A DNA stretch of 64,000 nt, taken from assembly GCA_000437375.1 (NCBI GenBank), contig FR898237.1, positions 7 to 64,006 on the forward strand. The letters run 5' to 3'. The notes below the pieces were generated by a model, which saw only the letters and a list, made by a program, of their open reading frames with translations, was not told the DNA's origin and did no database searches. Source of the stretch: Eubacterium sp. CAG:841. Its GTDB lineage: Bacteria; Bacillota; Clostridia; Oscillospirales; CAG-272. Within the stretch, counting starts at the first letter, position 1; each line of letters starts with the position of its first letter. Of this stretch, positions 58,953 to 64,000 are shown piece after piece. A program made the position numbers and the translations under genes.

Positions 58953-59435
58953 TTATACGATAAATTCCGACAGCATCGTAAGTGACGTACCGACTGTTTG
59001 ATTTCTCACATCTTCTCTGCTGCCGTAAAACAGATTCTTCTTTACATTTACTCTGCCGTTTTTATCGGCGCAGGCGATATATACAAGTCCTACGGGTTTT
59101 TCCTTTGAACCGCCGTCCGGTCCTGCGATTCCCGTAACGGCTACGGAATAATCCGCGCCGAGCGCATTTATCGCACCAAGCGCCATTTCTCGTGCCGTCT
59201 GTTCGGATACCGCGCCGAAATCTGCAAGCGTTTTATGATTTACGCACAAAAGCTTTTCTTTTATTTCGTTTGCATACGAAACAACGCCGCCCGGAAAAAC
59301 GGCGGAAACGCCCGGAACGTCGGTCACGGTTTTTGCTATCTGACCTCCCGTGCATGATTCTGCGGTGCAGAAGGTTTCCCTGCGGGCTTTGAGCTTTTCG
59401 GCAATTATGCTTACAACAGCTGTATTTTCCGTCAT
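58953..59435 (-). CDS. CinA C-terminal-domain protein / nicotinamide-nucleotide amidohydrolase PncC-like
   Basis: TAESCTGGQIAKTVTDVPGVSAVFPGGVVSYAN...VAVTGIAGPDGG. Confidence 0.85.
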   Translation of the reverse strand: MTENTAVVSIIAEKLKARRETFCTAESCTGGQIAKTVTDVPGVSAVFPGGVVSYANEIKEKLLCVNHKTLADFGAVSEQTAREMALGAINALGADYSVAVTGIAGPDGGSKEKPVGLVYIACADKNGRVNVKKNLFYGSREDVRNQTVGTSLTMLSEFIV

Positions 59436-59437
59436 GA

Positions 59438-60685
59438 TCAGTCCTCGTAAAGCGGATATTTTTTGCAGAGTTTATCTACTTCTGCACGGATATGCTCCGC
59501 CGAGTTTTCAAAATCATAAGCGGCGAGCGCAACAAGCTTTCCGATAAGGGTGAAATCATCCTCGCAAAGACCCCTCGTTGTGGATGCGGGAGTGCCGAGT
59601 CTTATGCCGCTTGTGATGAACGGGCTTTGAGGATCGCCGGGAACGGTATTTTTGTTACACGTTATGCCGACCTCGTCAAGACGGTGTTCAAGCTCTTTTC
59701 CCGTTACGTCCGTGCCTATGAGATTTACAAGCACAAGATGATTGTCTGTTCCGCCCGTCACAAGGGAAAGTCCCTCGTTTTTAAGCGAAACTTCAAGCGC
59801 TTTCGCGTTTTTGATTATCTGTTTCTGATATTCCCCAAATTCCGGCTTGAGTGCTTCGCCGAAGCATACGGCTTTTCCCGCGATGACATGCATGAGCGGT
59901 CCGCCCTGAGTGCCGGGAAAGATGGCTTTGTCTATTTGTTTTGCAAGCTCCGCTTTGCAGAGAATCATTCCGCCGCGAGGACCGCGGAGAGTTTTATGTG
60001 TGGTGGTAGTCACTACGTCGGCATAGGGGAACGGTGACGGATGAAGCCCTGCGGCGACAAGTCCGGCGATGTGCGCCATATCGACCATAAAGAATGCGCC
60101 CACTCTTTTTGCCGTCTTTGAAATGCGTTCGAAATCTATCGTTCTCGGATAAGCCGACGCGCCCGCGACTATCAGCTTGGGTTTACATTCATCGGCTATT
60201 CTGTCTATTTCATCGTAGTCCAGAAGTCCCGTTTCGGATGAAACGCCGTAAGGCACGAAATTATAGTACATTCCCGACATATTTACGGGACTTCCGTGAG
60301 TCAGGTGTCCGCCTTCGGCAAGACTCATTCCCATAACGGTATCGCCGGGTTTGAGCAATGCAAAGTATACGGCAAGATTTGCCTGCGCTCCGCTGTGAGG
60401 CTGAACGTTTGCGTGTTCCGCGCCAAAGAGCATTTTGGCTCTGTCGCGCGCGATGTTTTCAACTACGTCAACGCATCCGCATCCGCCGTAGTAACGCTTT
60501 CCGGGAAAGCCTTCGGCGTATTTGTTTGTGAGTATCGATCCCATTGCCGCCATTACAGGCTCTGAAACGAAATTTTCGGATGCTATAAGCTCGATTCCGC
60601 TGCGCTGTCTGTTAAGCTCGGCTTCCATAGCCGCGCCTACCTCCGGATCAAATTTTTTTACGAGTTCAATATTTTTTTCTGCCAT
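59438..60685 (-). CDS. glyA: Serine hydroxymethyltransferase
   Basis: [25 protein letters not shown] (PLP-lysine). Confidence 0.97.
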   Translation of the reverse strand: MAEKNIELVKKFDPEVGAAMEAELNRQRSGIELIASENFVSEPVMAAMGSILTNKYAEGFPGKRYYGGCGCVDVVENIARDRAKMLFGAEHANVQPHSGAQANLAVYFALLKPGDTVMGMSLAEGGHLTHGSPVNMSGMYYNFVPYGVSSETGLLDYDEIDRIADECKPKLIVAGASAYPRTIDFERISKTAKRVGAFFMVDMAHIAGLVAAGLHPSPFPYADVVTTTTHKTLRGPRGGMILCKAELAKQIDKAIFPGTQGGPLMHVIAGKAVCFGEALKPEFGEYQKQIIKNAKALEVSLKNEGLSLVTGGTDNHLVLVNLIGTDVTGKELEHRLDEVGITCNKNTVPGDPQSPFITSGIRLGTPASTTRGLCEDDFTLIGKLVALAAYDFENSAEHIRAEVDKLCKKYPLYED

Positions 60686-60725
60686 GTTGCTCCCCCTTAC
60701 GATTTATACAATACTATTAAAAACA

Positions 60726-60754
60726 ATCATATCATATCTTCGGGAATTTATCAA
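60726..60754 (-). promoter_or_regulatory. SigmaA promoter of glyA operon
   Basis: On the minus strand: TTGATA (60754-60749), 17 nt, TATGAT (60731-60726). Confidence 0.5.
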
Positions 60755-60808
60755 GAGCCGCGATGATTAAATTTTGAGCCGGACGAAGTTTACAGCCGCA
60801 AAAAATAC

Positions 60809-60837
60809 TTGATATATGCGCTCTTTTGTGGTATAAT
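60809..60837 (+). promoter_or_regulatory. SigmaA promoter of lepA
   Basis: TTGATA (60809-60814), 17 nt ending in TGg, TATAAT (60832-60837). Confidence 0.55.
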
Positions 60838-60911
60838 ATTTCTGTTATATGAAAATAAAGGCTTTTGGGCAACAAAGGCTGTAAATATATCCGCAGTTAA
60901 GGAAGGGAAAA

Positions 60912-62723
60912 ATGGCAAATCAGAAAAATATACGGAACTTCTCAATCATAGCTCATATAGATCATGGCAAAAGCACCCTTGCGGACAGACTTCTTGAAAA
61001 AACGCAGAGCGTTTCCTCGCGCGAAATGGAGGAACAGCTTCTTGACAATATGGACATAGAGCGCGAAAGAGGAATAACCATAAAAGCCCGCGCCGTAAAA
61101 ATGAATTATCACGCCAAAAACGGCGAAGATTATGAATTCAACCTTATAGACACTCCCGGACACGTTGACTTCAACTACGAGGTTTCGCGTTCGCTAGCCG
61201 CGTGCGAGGGCGCGCTTCTCGTTGTCGATGCAACACAGGGAATAGAAGCGCAGACGCTTGCAAACACGTATCTTGCGCTTGAGAACGATCTTGAAATAAT
61301 TCCCGTTATAAATAAAATAGACCTCGCTTCCGCCGATATAGAAGGCACGAGAAGAGAGGTCGAGGACGTTATCGGAATTCCTGCGGAGGATTGTCCTGCG
61401 GTTTCGGCAAAAACCGGACAGAATATAGAGGACGTGCTTGAAAAAATAGTAACCGATATTCCCGCGCCGAAAGGCGATCCGGATGCTCCGCTGAAATGCC
61501 TTATTTTTGACTCGTATTACGATTCATACAGAGGCGTTGTGGTTTATGTGCGCGTTGCCGACGGCAGAGTAAAGGTCGGCACAAAGATAAAAATGATGAA
61601 TACCGGCGCAAGCTTTGATGTGACCGAAGTCGGATATATGTCGGCATTCGGGCTTGTGCCTGCAAAAGAGCTTTCCGCAGGCGAGGTGGGATATATCACG
61701 GCGAGCATCAAAAACGTTTCCGATACGCGCGTGGGCGATACGGTGACCGAGCTTGAAAATCCGACGGACACTCCGTTTGAGGGCTTCAAAAAAGCGCAGC
61801 CGATGGTCTTTGCGGGAATTTATCCCGCTGACGGAGCAAAATATCCCGATCTGCGCGACGCGCTTCTTAAATTGCAGCTCAATGACGCCTCACTTACATT
61901 TGAACCCGAAACAAGTATTGCGCTCGGCTTCGGTTTCCGTTGCGGATTTCTCGGACTTCTCCATATGGAGATAATAGAAGAGCGCATAGAGCGTGAATTC
62001 AATCTTGACCTTGTGACTACCGCTCCGAGCGTTATATACAAAATAACCACAAAGGACGGAATTACATCATATATCGATAACCCTGCGGTATATCCCTCGC
62101 CCGATGAAATATCGGTAGCCGAAGAGCCGATAGTTTCCGCAAGTATAATCGTTCCTTCGGAATATGTAGGCGGAATTATGGAGCTGTGCAAGGACAGACG
62201 AGGCGTTTTCATAGATATGAAATATATTGATAAAACGCGCATGGAGCTTCATTATACCCTGCCGCTGAACGAAATAATCTATGACTTTTTCGACGCGCTG
62301 AAAAGCCGTTCGAAGGGGTACGCTTCGCTCGACTACGAGTTTAAGGGTTATGCCGAAAGCAAGCTTGTAAAGCTTGATATACTTCTTAATATGGAGGTTG
62401 TGGATGCGCTTTCGTTCATTGTTCACGCAGATAAGGCGTATGCAAGGGGAAGAAAAATAGTTGAAGCGCTGAAAGACAATATTCCGCGTCAGCTTTTTGA
62501 AGTTCCCGTTCAGGCGGCTGTCGGAGGAAGAGTAATCGCAAGAGAAACCGTAAAGGCAATGCGCAAGGACGTTCTTGCAAAATGCTACGGCGGTGATATA
62601 ACAAGAAAAAAGAAGCTTCTTGAAAAACAAAAAGAAGGCAAAAAGCGCATGAGAAAGCTCGGCTCGGTAGAGGTTCCGCCGGAAACGTTTATGGCTGTGC
62701 TCAAGCTTGGCGACGACGAATAA
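60912..62723 (+). CDS. lepA: Translation elongation factor 4 (LepA)
   Basis: [28 protein letters not shown], and the LepA-specific C-terminal domain. Confidence 0.97.
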   Translation: MANQKNIRNFSIIAHIDHGKSTLADRLLEKTQSVSSREMEEQLLDNMDIERERGITIKARAVKMNYHAKNGEDYEFNLIDTPGHVDFNYEVSRSLAACEGALLVVDATQGIEAQTLANTYLALENDLEIIPVINKIDLASADIEGTRREVEDVIGIPAEDCPAVSAKTGQNIEDVLEKIVTDIPAPKGDPDAPLKCLIFDSYYDSYRGVVVYVRVADGRVKVGTKIKMMNTGASFDVTEVGYMSAFGLVPAKELSAGEVGYITASIKNVSDTRVGDTVTELENPTDTPFEGFKKAQPMVFAGIYPADGAKYPDLRDALLKLQLNDASLTFEPETSIALGFGFRCGFLGLLHMEIIEERIEREFNLDLVTTAPSVIYKITTKDGITSYIDNPAVYPSPDEISVAEEPIVSASIIVPSEYVGGIMELCKDRRGVFIDMKYIDKTRMELHYTLPLNEIIYDFFDALKSRSKGYASLDYEFKGYAESKLVKLDILLNMEVVDALSFIVHADKAYARGRKIVEALKDNIPRQLFEVPVQAAVGGRVIARETVKAMRKDVLAKCYGGDITRKKKLLEKQKEGKKRMRKLGSVEVPPETFMAVLKLGDDE

Positions 62724-62751
62724 ATAAAACAAAAAAAGGAGGAAACGGAAT

Positions 62752-63891
62752 ATGAGATCGCTCGGAATATATATTCATATCCCATATTGCGCAAAAAAGT
62801 GTGCATATTGCGATTTTTATTCCGTCCCCTCATGTGAAACATCAAAGGCTTATTGCAATGCGCTGATAAAGCAAATAGAAAGCTATAAGAAAAAATCAAA
62901 GGATTATGTAGTCGATACGATATATATTGGCGGAGGAACGCCTTCGCAGATAAATCCGGAATATATTTACAATATTTTAGGCGCGGTAAAGGAAACATTC
63001 AATGTTTCTCACGATGCTGAAATATCAATGGAAGCCAATCCCGGCACGCTTGACGGCTATAAGCTTTCGCTTTACAGAAGCGCGGGAATAAACCGTCTGA
63101 GTCTCGGACTTCAGAGCGCGCATGACGACGAGCTTAAAAGGCTTTCGCGTATTCATACAATGAAAGATTTTGAAAATTCGTTTTTACTTGCACGTCTTGA
63201 AGGCTTTGACAATATAAATGTTGATATTATGTATGCGCTTCCCTGTCAGACAAGAGAAAAGCTTGCCGAAACAATAAATACGGTTATTTCACTTTCTCCC
63301 GAACATATTTCATTTTACGGACTGAAAATCGAGGAGAATACGCCGTTTGCATATAACAGATCAATTGCGGAGAGTATTCCGAGTGATGAAATTCAGTATA
63401 AAATGTATATGGATTCGGCAAAAACGCTTGAAGAGCATGGCTATCGTCAGTACGAAATAAGCAATTTTGCAAAAGACGGATATGCCTGCCGACATAATAT
63501 GAAGTATTGGAAATGCAACGATTATCTCGGTTTCGGCGTTGCAGCAGCATCATTTTTTGAAAATAATCTGTTTTCTTACGTTAAAAATATAGATTATTTC
63601 ATAGAAGATCCGCTTTCTGTCTTTATTACGGAAAGTACGGAAGAAATATCACCCCAAAAATTTGAAACACAGTTTGTTATGCTCGGTTTCCGTCTTGCGG
63701 AAGGAATATCCGTTGATGAATATAAGCTTCGTTGCGGCGGCGATTTCATAAAAAAATACGGGGAAAGATTAAAGCCGTTTCTTGAAAAGAAGTTGGTCGT
63801 TAAAACCACGAACGGATTCAAACTTTCGCGCAGAGGAATGCTTGTATCAAATTATATTTTAAGCGAAATCCTTGATTTTGACGAAGATTGA
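62752..63891 (+). CDS. hemW: Radical SAM heme chaperone HemW (HemN-like)
   Basis: IHIPYCAKKCAYCDF (CxxxCxxC). Canonical lepA-hemW pairing. Confidence 0.88.
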   Translation: MRSLGIYIHIPYCAKKCAYCDFYSVPSCETSKAYCNALIKQIESYKKKSKDYVVDTIYIGGGTPSQINPEYIYNILGAVKETFNVSHDAEISMEANPGTLDGYKLSLYRSAGINRLSLGLQSAHDDELKRLSRIHTMKDFENSFLLARLEGFDNINVDIMYALPCQTREKLAETINTVISLSPEHISFYGLKIEENTPFAYNRSIAESIPSDEIQYKMYMDSAKTLEEHGYRQYEISNFAKDGYACRHNMKYWKCNDYLGFGVAAASFFENNLFSYVKNIDYFIEDPLSVFITESTEEISPQKFETQFVMLGFRLAEGISVDEYKLRCGGDFIKKYGERLKPFLEKKLVVKTTNGFKLSRRGMLVSNYILSEILDFDED

Positions 63892-63903
63892 CTTTATTCT
63901 TTC

Positions 63904-63932
63904 TTGACAAATGATTTCTTTTATGATATAAT
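63904..63932 (+). promoter_or_regulatory. SigmaA promoter of tRNA gene
   Basis: TTGACA (63904-63909), 17 nt, TATAAT (63927-63932). Confidence 0.6.
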
Positions 63933-63963
63933 CTTATCCGCGCAAAAATGCGCGGATATATAC

Positions 63964-64000
63964 GGAGAGGTATCGAAGTGGTCATAACGGGGCTGACTCG
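63964..64000 (+). tRNA. 5' part of a type-II tRNA, probably tRNA-Ser (anticodon begins CG; cut by window end)
   Basis: GGAGAGG acceptor stem, TA, 3-bp D-stem TCG/CGG with an AAGTGGTCATAA loop, anticodon stem GCTGA, loop CT-CG.... The window ends inside the anticodon. Confidence 0.55.

Overview
This 64-kb window is the replication-origin neighbourhood of a Firmicutes (Clostridia-like) chromosome. All product calls below come from motif and family recognition by eye; no database search was run.

Core content:
- dnaA (45341-46738) is followed by a 534-bp dnaA-dnaN spacer that has the anatomy of oriC.
- Next comes a tightly packed dnaN-recF-remB(DUF370)-gyrB-gyrA-recA-recX string.
- About 17-25 kb to the left lie rlmH-mnmG-rsmG, a short HTH-less ParB/Noc-like paralog, two parS palindromes, soj-spo0J, serS and a T-box-controlled pheST.
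- The rest is housekeeping or metabolic: lplA, M18/M20/M24 peptidases, deoB-cdd, mgtE with a long structured leader, rny, efp, ymdB, glyA, lepA, hemW, holA, Mini-III, an RNase-M5-like Toprim protein and a GH78 rhamnosidase.
- There is also a 1559-aa SLH-anchored S-layer-type protein.

In total I call about 58 CDS, one frameshifted GNAT gene, one apparently 3'-truncated MocR-type regulator, and the 5' part of a tRNA (probably Ser) at the right edge.

I saw no transposase, integrase, phage gene, CRISPR array or recognisable toxin/defence module. I therefore cannot point to a convincing multi-gene novel system.

The most unusual items are:
1. A REP-like repeat family built on GGCAAAAGAAA plus a hairpin. 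It brackets an orphan ADP-ribosylglycohydrolase gene as long inverted repeats and abuts the truncated MocR gene.
2. A 155-aa acidic protein with 21 Cys next to efp.
3. An oriC populated by a TTTTCAACA 9-mer, with a box / GC-cluster / DnaA-trio-like / AT-rich layout.
4. The HTH-less ParB/Noc paralog with twin parS sites.
5. A PII-like small protein coupled to an RCK-less CPA2 antiporter.
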